51,925 nucleotides of DNA from Bacteroidales bacterium. GTDB taxonomy: Bacteria; Bacteroidota; Bacteroidia; Bacteroidales; Bacteroidaceae. Position 1 is the stretch's first letter. Each line of letters begins with the position of its first letter. A model generated the notes under the pieces. It made no database searches and had not been told where the DNA came from. It saw nothing but the letters and a program-made list of their open reading frames with translations. Positions 1 to 8,374 of this stretch are shown here, in pieces. The stretch lies in the NCBI GenBank assembly GCA_030535995.1, contig JAUNQV010000002.1, forward strand, positions 1 through 51,925, written 5' to 3'. The position numbers and the translations under genes were made by a program.

Positions 1-2289
1 GTAGATACCGGGAGCGGTGATAGCCTCTACACGACGACCGGTAAGGTCGTAGATAACTGTACTCTGTTCTCTGTTATCTGTTATCTCCTCAATGCCTGTT
101 GTGCCGGGGAAGCGGAAGCTGTAGTAAGCAGCGCCCTCTGCGCCGTCAACAACCAAGTATGCCTTGTTGGCGTTGTTCTTGAAGTGTGTTTCGCCATCAT
201 TACCTTCGCCATCTTTGTTCAATTTAGCCATGTAGAAACCAATCTCTGAATCAGCTGGTTTTGAAAGAACATAAGCAGGGCCTGCGAGGTATGCGTCTAC
301 TGTTGAACCCTTAAGCATGTTCTTTGTCCAGTCTGCAGTAGCCTCATCAATGATGGTGAGAGTTGCAGTACCGTTACCCTCGAGAATTGCACCCTGGTTT
401 GCGGGGATATCGGCTTTCTCTGCGAAAATTGCACTTGTTTCGGTTGTCTCCTCTACTGCGTATGCTGTTGCGCCTTCTACTCTAACAGCGAATGGCAAGT
501 AGATTGATGCGAAGTCGTTGATTGATATTTCAACCTCGGTAGCAGGAATAATATTCCAAGTTGCATCTACCTCACCACTCCAGTAGTTTACTGCACCAGA
601 ACCCTCTGTGCGCATTGGCTGACCATCGCCTTTGATAATTACATTTGCAGAGTTGTTGATAACAATAGTGAAGTTTGAACCGCCATCAACAATAGATGAA
701 GCTGCACTACCATTTTGGGCGGCATTCTCCAACTGAACATTTTTGCCTAAATTGGGAACCTGGAGTTTGAGATTCTCGCCATCTTGAACGAACTGGAGAA
801 CGTGCTTAATGCTCAAATTCTCGACCTCTTCTGTTGCAAATTTGCCATTAGCGTTATATGAAGCGTACTTGCCATTTTTTACTTGTTTTACGAAATAGTA
901 TCCGGGAGCGAACTGTACTCTTGATGCCGCATTTGCGTTGTCAAATTCAGTAGCTCCGTTCATTGTCTTAACTGCGTTGATAGCATCCGCAAGTGATGAT
1001 GGATAGCCGCCTACATAATCAAGAGTTGACAATTCGGCGTCTTTCCAAGCGTTAACAAATGTTGCCTCAACAGTGGCCAAAACATCCACTGAAACACTCT
1101 CACCGGTTTTGTCAATGTAGAATTTGCAACCATTGTCAATGCCCGGTTCTGTGCGTACACAGTCTGCGCCCCAACCAGGAGAGAATGAAAGGTATCTGTT
1201 ATTATCCTCAAATTGCATCTCCCATAGATTGTTCTCGATAGAAATAAGTCTAAATGCATAAGGTGTTTCAGTGAATTTTACTACACCCTCAGAATTGATA
1301 AACTTCTTATTCTGAACATTGTATATATAATTCTTGCCATCGTATACAAGCACGGCCCACTCTTTATAAACACCTTCTGCATCTATCGAAGCATGGGCAT
1401 TTGTATTGCTTGTACCGGCAAGATATGCTTGTGTCTCGCTACCCTTGCCCTCAACGGTAGAGTAAACCATGTAACCACGGCTGTCTTCAACACATTTTAC
1501 AGTAAACTTCTCGCCAGCTGACAAAGTTACCTTTTCGCCGTTTGATTCAAGATCTTTGATAGCGGTTTTTACAGCCTCAAGATTTGCAACAGTGTTATCA
1601 GTGTTGTAAGCTGTCAATGCCGACTGCAAGTTAGCCACAGATGATAGTGTGTATGCACCTACTCTTGTGTCGCTTGCGCTTTCAATAATGGTTTGAGCCT
1701 TATTAAGCACAACGCCAACATTCAGTCTTTCTTCAATAATGGTTTTCAGTTCTGCATTCAAATCACCAACCTCGCTTATAAGGTATATATTACCACCATC
1801 AGTCAAATTGTTGTATCCTCCCGACCAGTTTACAACTCCATGACAACCTGCTGTCGCGGCACAATTAAGAGCACCTGTTCTATTGGTAGAGAGAACAAAA
1901 TTGTATGTTGAATTACTTGATGCGCGAAACTCGATGTCGTTTGTAGGCATTTCCACGAGTGGAATAGCACCGTTATTGTAGTCATTGTTACCAACAAACT
2001 TCTGGGCCGCTATGTTAAACATATAGTATTTCCCATCAAAATTGTAGATGGCAAACTGAAAGTTTGTTGTTTCGTCAGAATAATCCATTGAGTGTCCACT
2101 ACCATAGGTTGAAGACAGGTTATCGGGAGCGTCTGTGTGATATAGCAGATAGTGTGCCTGACTATCACTTGACCTTCCGGACTTGAAGGTATACACCTTG
2201 TCATTGCTCAAATCACTTAATGTTGTGATCTGTGCCATTGCACCGATTGTCAAGAACAATGATGCAAAAAATAAAGTAAATTTTTTCAT
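1..2289 (-). CDS. Secreted surface protein and T9SS cargo. The 5' end is complete and the 3' end runs off the left edge. It has three lectin-like repeat modules joined by helical linkers.
   Basis: It is absent from the ORF track because no stop codon lies inside the window. My own translation of the minus strand from ATG 2289-2287 stays open to base 1 (763 codons). The N-terminus MKKFTLFFASLFLTIGAMAQ is a signal peptide. The last residues in the window (...EQSTVIYDLTGRRVEAITAPGIY) fit the Por/T9SS C-terminal sorting domain pattern. Confidence 0.8.
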   Translation of the reverse strand, partial: MKKFTLFFASLFLTIGAMAQITTLSDLSNDKVYTFKSGRSSDSQAHYLLYHTDAPDNLSSTYGSGHSMDYSDETTNFQFAIYNFDGKYYMFNIAAQKFVGNNDYNNGAIPLVEMPTNDIEFRASSNSTYNFVLSTNRTGALNCAATAGCHGVVNWSGGYNNLTDGGNIYLISEVGDLNAELKTIIEERLNVGVVLNKAQTIIESASDTRVGAYTLSSVANLQSALTAYNTDNTVANLEAVKTAIKDLESNGEKVTLSAGEKFTVKCVEDSRGYMVYSTVEGKGSETQAYLAGTSNTNAHASIDAEGVYKEWAVLVYDGKNYIYNVQNKKFINSEGVVKFTETPYAFRLISIENNLWEMQFEDNNRYLSFSPGWGADCVRTEPGIDNGCKFYIDKTGESVSVDVLATVEATFVNAWKDAELSTLDYVGGYPSSLADAINAVKTMNGATEFDNANAASRVQFAPGYYFVKQVKNGKYASYNANGKFATEEVENLSIKHVLQFVQDGENLKLQVPNLGKNVQLENAAQNGSAASSIVDGGSNFTIVINNSANVIIKGDGQPMRTEGSGAVNYWSGEVDATWNIIPATEVEISINDFASIYLPFAVRVEGATAYAVEETTETSAIFAEKADIPANQGAILEGNGTATLTIIDEATADWTKNMLKGSTVDAYLAGPAYVLSKPADSEIGFYMAKLNKDGEGNDGETHFKNNANKAYLVVDGAEGAAYYSFRFPGTTGIEEITDNREQSTVIYDLTGRRVEAITAPGIY

Positions 2290-2351
2290 TTTAATTAATT
2301 ATTAAGTTAAAGTTAATATGTAAATCCTTTTTCAGTTGTTGTTTGAGATTC

Positions 2352-2576
2352 TTTGACACCCCTTGTCTATCGCAACCCACGCGGCACCACTAATGCGGTG
2401 CTTCGCGTGACCTATTGTTGCAAGTGCTGTCGAAACTTTCAGTTTTCGGCTCTCAGCTCTCAGTTTTCCGTTTTGACAACGCCGCCTTTTCGCGCCCCGC
2501 AAGGCACAACCTGCGGCTGTGCTTCTCGCGACTAACCGCTGTCGGTATTGTCGAAACTTTCAGTTTTCAGCTCTCA
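2352..2576. repeat. Imperfect tandem duplication with a period of about 120 bp. Each unit ends in a 28-bp core that is nearly identical between units.
   Basis: Both units start with TTTGACA (2352 and 2472). The core tgtcgaaactttcagttttcGgctctca (2428-2455) and tgtcgaaactttcagttttcAgctctca (2549-2576) differ at 1 of 28 positions. The upstream halves align only loosely (..GGCAC.AC..TGCGG.GTGCTTC.CGCG.GAC..). Confidence 0.7.
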
Positions 2577-2818
2577 AAAAGCTATATCTCTTAACAAGAG
2601 AGCTAAAAAGCCCAAAAAAACGGCGTGTGGGGTATGTGTGAGGCGGTTGTGCTACTGCACCGAGTGTGAAAAAAGATGCTTTTTGATTGTTAAAAAAAAA
2701 TTGTGCCGGGGGCTGTCTTTGAACTCTGTTTTGTGTTTCTTTTCCTGTTTTTCTTTTTCTGTGGCGGTTGGTTGGTTGTTTTTTGCTTCGGGTTGTTGGC
2801 TTGTGGGGGAATAATTTA

Positions 2819-2826
2819 TATCTTTG
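2819..2826 (+). promoter_or_regulatory. Candidate Bacteroidetes sigma-A -7 box (TAtcTTTG), distal to etfB
   Basis: It matches the TAnnTTTG consensus. It lies inside the 12-mer tttatatctttg, which recurs 149 bp downstream. Confidence 0.35.
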
Positions 2827-2967
2827 AGGTAAACCTCGAAGATATTCTTTGGGGCGGCGAGCCGCACTCCTTTGTAAACCTAAAGGTTCAGTCGTCGCAA
2901 ACGACGCTTTTTCGTCGTCGCTTTGAAAAAAATGAAGTAAACTTCATATTTCTCGCTCGTTTGTTTA

Positions 2968-2975
2968 TATCTTTG
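2968..2975 (+). promoter_or_regulatory. Candidate -7 box (TAtcTTTG), proximal promoter for etfB-etfA-acd
   Basis: It matches TAnnTTTG about 117 nt upstream of the etfB ATG. The same 12-mer occurs at 2815-2826. Confidence 0.4.
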
Positions 2976-3091
2976 CGACATATATTGCCGTAAATTGCGC
3001 TGTACTCTCGTGTGTTTGTGGGGGCTTTCGTTGGTCGGTGGTTAAAACAGTACTGCTGCGCAACGGTCGCATTGGGCTAAAAAATGAATTT

Positions 3092-3964
3092 ATGGGTTTG
3101 AAAATTATTGTACTTGCAAAGCAGGTTCCCGATACACGTTGTGTGGGTGGCAAGGCTATGAATGACGACGGTACTATAAACCGTTCGGCTCTGCCGGCTA
3201 TCTTCAACCCCGAGGACCTTCTTGCTCTTGAACAGGCTATTCTGCTTAAAGAAAATAATCCGGGCAGCAAGGTTACTGTGGTAACCATGGGCCCGCAACG
3301 AGCGGCCGATATTCTGCGTGAGGCTCTCTACCGTGGGGCCGACGAGGGTGTGCTGTTGTGTGACCGCGCCTTTGCGGGTGCCGATACTCTGGCTACCTCA
3401 TACGCTCTGTCGATGGCGGTGCGCAAGTTGGGTGAATATGATATAATCCTTTGCGGCCGTCAGGCTATCGATGGCGATACTGCCCAGGTGGGGCCGCAGG
3501 TTGCTCACATGCTGGGGCTTCCGCAGGTGACTTGTGTGAAAAGGGTTCTCTCTCTTGAAAATAGAAAACTTGTGGCCGAGAGGGTGGTGGACAACGGTAC
3601 CGAAACGGTGGAGGCTCCTATGCCGTTGCTTGTTACCGTGGGCTGTGAGGCGCAGGCGTGTCGTCCGCGAAACGTATACAGGATGTTGCGCTTCCATCGT
3701 GCTGCTACACCGCAGGAGCAGGCCTCTCCCGAGTACCGTTTTGCGGCGTTTGCCGAAAAGGACGAGGCGCTGAACCTGAAAGAGTGGAACTTGGATTTTG
3801 TCGGTGGCGATGCTGCGCGTTGCGGCCTTGCCGGTTCGCCTACCAAGGTGAAGAAGGTCGACAATATTGTGTTCAAGGCAAAGGAGAGCAAGCGTTACAC
3901 GGCTGCCGACGAGGATATAAAGGCGCTTGTGGGTGAGCTTTTGGATAATCACACAATTGGATAG
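3092..3964 (+). CDS. etfB: Electron transfer flavoprotein, beta subunit (FixA family)
   Basis: MGLKIIVLAKQVPDT... is a typical EtfB N-terminus, and the protein continues with GADEGVLL..AGADTLATSYAL. I place the start at ATG 3092 rather than the GTG at 3038 used by the track. The gene is followed directly by etfA. Confidence 0.9.
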   Translation: MGLKIIVLAKQVPDTRCVGGKAMNDDGTINRSALPAIFNPEDLLALEQAILLKENNPGSKVTVVTMGPQRAADILREALYRGADEGVLLCDRAFAGADTLATSYALSMAVRKLGEYDIILCGRQAIDGDTAQVGPQVAHMLGLPQVTCVKRVLSLENRKLVAERVVDNGTETVEAPMPLLVTVGCEAQACRPRNVYRMLRFHRAATPQEQASPEYRFAAFAEKDEALNLKEWNLDFVGGDAARCGLAGSPTKVKKVDNIVFKAKESKRYTAADEDIKALVGELLDNHTIG

Positions 3965-3969
3965 GGCTT

Positions 3970-4989
3970 ATGGACAATATATTGGTTTTTTGTGAATTGT
4001 GCGGTGGCGATGTTGCCGGCGTGAGTCTTGAGCTCTTGAGCGAGGGAAGGCGTCTTGCCGATAAGTTGGGTGTGCAGCTCGATGCTGTGGCGCTCGGAAG
4101 TGACTTGAGTGCTGTGGAACGGCAGGTTTATGAATATGGTGTCGATAATCTGCATCTATTCTGCGACAGTCGTCTGGGTAATTATACAACACTCCCCTTT
4201 GCAACTGCGCTGTGCAGGCTTGTGAAGGAAAAGGGCTATCAGATATTCCTGTTGGGTGCAACTGTGGTGGGGCGCGACCTTGCGCCACGCATAACAGCTG
4301 AGCTGCAGTGTGGTCTCACTGCCGATTGTACTTCGCTTGAGATTGGCCCATACGAGGATAAAAAGAGCGGTACGGTGGTCGAAAACCTGCTATACCAGAT
4401 GCGTCCGGCGTTTGGTGGTAATATTGTGGCTACCATAGTGAACCCCTACAACCGTCCGCAGATGGCTACGGTGCGCGAGGGGGTAATGCCTTTGAAGGTT
4501 ACACGCCCGGGTGATTATAGAGGCAACACGGTGTGGCACGATGTTAAGGATTACATAGGCGACGAATGTTTTGTGGTGACGGTACTGGAGCGTTGTGTGA
4601 AGCCTGCTGCCAACAACCTGAAGAATGCGCCTATTGTGCTGGCAGGAGGCTACGGCGTAGGCAGCAAGGAGAATTTTGACAAGCTGTTCGAGCTTGCCCG
4701 TCTGTTGCATGCCGAGGTGGGCGCGACAAGGGCTGCCATAGATGCCGGTTACACTACGCACGACCGCCAGATTGGGCAGACCGGGCTCACGGTACGCCCC
4801 AAAGTGTACATTGCCTGTGGAATTTCGGGTCAGGTGCAGCATGTGACAGGAATGCAGGAGAGCGGTATTGTAATATCAATAAACAGCGACCCCGATGCTC
4901 CTATAAATGCTCTTGCCGATTATGTGATAACCGGCAAGGTAGAGGAGGTTGTTCCTAAATTAATAACATTTTATCAGCAGAAACAATGA
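3970..4989 (+). CDS. etfA: Electron transfer flavoprotein, alpha subunit (FixB family)
   Basis: The protein is 339 aa. The C-terminal FAD-binding region reads ...RAAIDAGY..HDRQIGQTG..V.PKVYIACGISGQVQH..GMQ. It sits 6 nt after etfB and overlaps the next gene by 4 nt. Confidence 0.9.
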   Translation: MDNILVFCELCGGDVAGVSLELLSEGRRLADKLGVQLDAVALGSDLSAVERQVYEYGVDNLHLFCDSRLGNYTTLPFATALCRLVKEKGYQIFLLGATVVGRDLAPRITAELQCGLTADCTSLEIGPYEDKKSGTVVENLLYQMRPAFGGNIVATIVNPYNRPQMATVREGVMPLKVTRPGDYRGNTVWHDVKDYIGDECFVVTVLERCVKPAANNLKNAPIVLAGGYGVGSKENFDKLFELARLLHAEVGATRAAIDAGYTTHDRQIGQTGLTVRPKVYIACGISGQVQHVTGMQESGIVISINSDPDAPINALADYVITGKVEEVVPKLITFYQQKQ

Positions 4990-6686
4990 ACTATTATAGC
5001 GAGAACAGAGAATTACAGCATTTCCTGAAGCACCCTCTGATGAAGCGTATCGTTGAGATGAAAGAGAGTGGCTACAGCCAGGCCGGGGAGTACAACTATG
5101 CTCCTGTCGATTTTGAGGAGGCTGTGTCAGGCTACGAACAGGCTCTGCACCTTGCCGGAGAGTTGTGTGCCGAGGTTGTTGCTCCGAATGCCATGAGGAT
5201 AGAAGAGAATGGCCCTACGGTTGAGGATGGCCGTGTGAAATATGCTCCGGCAACCGAAGAAAATCTCGATATTTTCCGCAAGGCAGGTCTCATGGGTGTC
5301 TCGCTGCCACGCAATGTGGGTGGCTTGAACTTTCCGGTAGCAGTGTTTACTATGGTGCAGGAACTTGTGTGCCGTGCCGATGCCGGTTTCGGCAACCTAT
5401 GGGGCTTGCAGGATTGTGCGACAACCATCTACAACTTCGGCAACGATGAACAGCGCGAGCGTTATTTGCCGATGGTGAGCCGCGGAGCTACAATGTCTAT
5501 GGACCTCACCGAGCCCGATGCGGGCAGCGACCTGCAGAGTGTGCGCCTGAAGGCTACATATTGTGAGGAGAGCGGTTGTTGGTATCTCGATGGCGTGAAA
5601 CGCTTCATTACCAACGGCGACAGCGATATACATCTTGTACTTGCGCGCAGCGAGGAGGGTAGTGTCGACGGGCGAGGCCTTTCGCTTTTCATCTGCGAGA
5701 AGAGCTGCGGAAGAGTGAGAACCCGACGCATTGAAGATAAAATGGGTATCCACGGGTCGCCAACCTGCGAGGTGGTATTTGACCACGCTCCAGCCGAGCT
5801 TTGCGGAAGCCGAAGGATGGGCCTTATAAAATATGTGATGTCGTTGATGAACGGAGCGCGCTTGGGCATTGCAACCCAGAGTGTGGCAATATCGCAGGCT
5901 GCATACAGCGAAGCCAAGGAGTATGCTGTGGCGCGCAAGCAGTTCGGAAAGGCTATCGTAGAGCTGCCTCCTGTGTATGAACTGCTGGGCAAGATGAAGG
6001 CAAGGCTCGATGCGGCTCGTAGCTTGCTCTACGAGACTGCGCGCAATGTGGATATGAGCTACCAGTTTGCTGATGCAGCGCGCATGCGTCCGCTATCTCC
6101 CGAGGAGCGCGCCGAGTCGAAGGAGTTCTCGAAGAGGGCCGATGCTTTGACTCCTATTATAAAAGGTATGGGCAGCGAGTTTGCCAATATGAATGCATAC
6201 GATGCTGTGCAGGTGCATGGCGGCTCGGGCTACATGAGGGATTACGTGTGTGAGCGCCTCTACCGCGATGCACGAATAACATCAATATACGAAGGTACTA
6301 CACAACTGCAGGTGGTGGCGGCAATACGCTATGCTACAAGCGGCTTCTACTCGCAACTGCTTGAAGAGTATCTTGCAACAGCGATGCCCGAGGCTCTTGC
6401 ACCGTTGCGTGCAAGGGTCGAGGCTATGGCGGCAACTTACAATGAGGCTGTAGGTGCTGTTCAGGGCTTCGGTAACCAGGAGGTGCTCGATTTTCTATCG
6501 CGTCGTCTCTATGAAATGGCGGCTTACTGCATTATGGCTGCCCTGCTGCTTGCCGATGCAGCGCGTGACGAGGAGCTTTTTGCCTCTTCGGCAGCGAAGT
6601 TTGTGGCCGAAGCCGAGGCGGTTGTTGCGGCGCACTCCACATTTATAAAGAATTTTACTCCCGAATTATTGACACAATATAAATAA
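4986..6686 (+). CDS. Long-form acyl-CoA dehydrogenase family protein
   Basis: The protein is 566 aa. Acyl-CoA dehydrogenase motifs are present (LTEPDAGSDL, ITNGD, QVHGGSGYM..Y..ERLYRDARITSIYEGTTQLQ), plus an extra C-terminal helical domain. It is translationally coupled to etfA. Confidence 0.88.
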   Translation: MNYYSENRELQHFLKHPLMKRIVEMKESGYSQAGEYNYAPVDFEEAVSGYEQALHLAGELCAEVVAPNAMRIEENGPTVEDGRVKYAPATEENLDIFRKAGLMGVSLPRNVGGLNFPVAVFTMVQELVCRADAGFGNLWGLQDCATTIYNFGNDEQRERYLPMVSRGATMSMDLTEPDAGSDLQSVRLKATYCEESGCWYLDGVKRFITNGDSDIHLVLARSEEGSVDGRGLSLFICEKSCGRVRTRRIEDKMGIHGSPTCEVVFDHAPAELCGSRRMGLIKYVMSLMNGARLGIATQSVAISQAAYSEAKEYAVARKQFGKAIVELPPVYELLGKMKARLDAARSLLYETARNVDMSYQFADAARMRPLSPEERAESKEFSKRADALTPIIKGMGSEFANMNAYDAVQVHGGSGYMRDYVCERLYRDARITSIYEGTTQLQVVAAIRYATSGFYSQLLEEYLATAMPEALAPLRARVEAMAATYNEAVGAVQGFGNQEVLDFLSRRLYEMAAYCIMAALLLADAARDEELFASSAAKFVAEAEAVVAAHSTFIKNFTPELLTQYK

Positions 6687-6693
6687 AACAGTT

Positions 6694-7257
6694 ATGGAAA
6701 CAACAAATAAATACATGCGCGTAGCATATACGCTGGTTTCTCATCGTGATGGCGAGTGTGAAGAGGTTGAAAAGACAACCCGTGAACAGCCATTTGCCTT
6801 CCTCACCGGTGTGGGGTATACACTTGATGCATTTGAGGATAACCTCAAGGAACTCAAAAAGGGTGATAAATTTGATTTTACCATTCCTTTTGCCGATGCT
6901 TACGGGGAGTATGACCCCGATCATGTACAGGATTTTGACCGCGAGGTGTTCACCATCGACGGCAAGTTCGACTCGGCGCACATCTATGCCGGCAATGTGG
7001 TGGAGATGATGCGCGCCGACGGCTCACCGATACTGGGTACTGTGAAGGAGGTTACTCCGCTGAAGGTGGTGATGGATTTCAATCATCCTTTGGCCGGTTG
7101 CGACCTGCAGTTCATGGGTAGCGTGGTTGAGTCGCGCCCGGCAACAGAGGCCGAGCTCAAGAAGTTCTACGACTCGCTCAAGGCTTCGTGCAGTGGCGGC
7201 TGTGGTGGTTGCAAGGGCGGAAGCTGTGGTGACTGCAACTGCGGTGACGGCTGTTGA
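6694..7257 (+). CDS. slyD: SlyD-type FKBP peptidyl-prolyl isomerase with a Cys/Gly-rich C-terminal tail
   Basis: The split FKBP fold with an insert-in-flap region is recognisable (..FLTGVGYTLDAFEDNL..GDKFDF.IP..DAYGEYD......VVMDFNHPLAG.DL.F.G.V). The tail reads SCSGGCGGCKGGSCGDCNCGDGC. The true start may be the internal Met at 6715 (MRVAYTL). Confidence 0.8.
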   Translation: METTNKYMRVAYTLVSHRDGECEEVEKTTREQPFAFLTGVGYTLDAFEDNLKELKKGDKFDFTIPFADAYGEYDPDHVQDFDREVFTIDGKFDSAHIYAGNVVEMMRADGSPILGTVKEVTPLKVVMDFNHPLAGCDLQFMGSVVESRPATEAELKKFYDSLKASCSGGCGGCKGGSCGDCNCGDGC

Positions 7258-7278
7258 GAAACTGAAATTATAGAAGGT

Positions 7279-8361
7279 ATGAACAGCTTTGGAGAGCTTC
7301 TGCGTTTGACGACCTTCGGGGAGTCGCATGGTGTGGCTATAGGCGGTGTGCTCGATGGCTTTCCTGCCGGTGTGGCCATTGACTACGATTTTGTGCGTAG
7401 CGAAATGCGTCGTCGCCGTCCGGGGCAGAGTGCGGTTACGACAGCACGCAACGAGCAGGATGAGGTGCAGTTCCTTTCGGGTGTTTTCGAAGGGCGCTCC
7501 ACCGGTACTCCTATAGCGTTTGTTATAGTCAACAGCAATAGCAAGAGCGGCGACTACGATAATTTGCGCGAGGCCTTCAGGCCTTCGCATGCCGATTATG
7601 TCTACGACCGCAAGTATGGTGTCCGCGACCACCGTGGCGGCGGGCGCTCGTCGGCGCGCGAAACGGCGGTGCGTGTGTGCGCAGGTGCGCTTGCGAAACT
7701 GGCTCTTCGTCGGCTGGGAATGACGGTGCAGGCCTTTACTTCGCAGGTGGGGGAGATTGTGCTCGAAAAGGATTATACGCAGTATGATATTCCTCGTGCC
7801 GAGGAGAATGTGGTGCGTTGCCCCGATGCGGCCAAGGCTGCCGAAATGGAGCAGCTTATTCTCGATGTAAAGCGCAACGGCGATACGGTGGGCGGTGTTG
7901 TTACCTGCGTCGCAAAGGGGGTGCCTGTGGGGCTTGGAGAGCCTCTGTACGGGAAACTGACCTCGTCGTTGGCGGCTGCCATGCTGTCGATAAATGCTGT
8001 CAAGGGCTTCGACTACGGGAGTGGTTTCGACTCGGCCCGTGCGCGTGGTTCGCAACTTAACGACCTCTTCTACAACAACGGTGGGGAGGTTGCTACACGT
8101 ACAAACAACAGCGGTGGAGTGCAGGGCGGCATTTCAAACGGTAACGATATATACTTCAGGGTGGCGTTCAAGCCTGTGGCTACTCTGTTGAAGGAGCAGG
8201 CCACGGTAACGCGCGAGGGCGAAGATACTGTGTTGCTTGCCAGGGGACGTCACGACCCTTGTGTGGTGCCGCGCGCTGTGCCGGTCGTCGAGGCTATGAC
8301 TGCTCTTGTTCTGCTCGACCATTATCTGCTCGACAGGGCAAGGAACGGACTTTTTGTATGA
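7279..8361 (+). CDS. aroC: Chorismate synthase
   Basis: [26 protein letters not shown]..., [17 protein letters not shown] and [14 protein letters not shown] are hallmark chorismate synthase motifs. The protein is 360 aa. Confidence 0.95.
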   Translation: MNSFGELLRLTTFGESHGVAIGGVLDGFPAGVAIDYDFVRSEMRRRRPGQSAVTTARNEQDEVQFLSGVFEGRSTGTPIAFVIVNSNSKSGDYDNLREAFRPSHADYVYDRKYGVRDHRGGGRSSARETAVRVCAGALAKLALRRLGMTVQAFTSQVGEIVLEKDYTQYDIPRAEENVVRCPDAAKAAEMEQLILDVKRNGDTVGGVVTCVAKGVPVGLGEPLYGKLTSSLAAAMLSINAVKGFDYGSGFDSARARGSQLNDLFYNNGGEVATRTNNSGGVQGGISNGNDIYFRVAFKPVATLLKEQATVTREGEDTVLLARGRHDPCVVPRAVPVVEAMTALVLLDHYLLDRARNGLFV

Positions 8362-8374
8362 GTAATCTATTTTT

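Noticed and set aside
2352-2576. The tandem repeat as a possible CRISPR array.
   Set aside because: There are only two copies, the conserved core is 28 bp with roughly 90-bp related (not unique) spacers, and there are no cas genes in the window.
2548-2993. Plus-strand ORFs of 88 and 96 aa, and a 71-aa minus-strand ORF, in the long intergenic gap.
   Set aside because: Their translations are low-complexity (runs of F, L, C, G, V) because they read through the A-depleted GT-rich tract. They show no start context or homology-like motif. I treat the region as non-coding.
3038-3091. N-terminal extensions implied by the track's alternative start codons: etfB at 3038, the PD40 gene at 10315, susD-1 at 18866, the sirtuin at 27935 and WbsX at 51893.
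   Set aside because: In each case a downstream ATG gives the canonical family N-terminus or signal peptide. The sirtuin extension would translate through a terminator hairpin. The WbsX TTG is internal to a frame that stays open to the window edge.
7024-8055. A 343-aa ORF on the minus strand, antisense to slyD/aroC.
   Set aside because: aroC on the plus strand is unambiguous. The antisense product is Arg/His/Thr-rich low-complexity sequence that spans a gene boundary.
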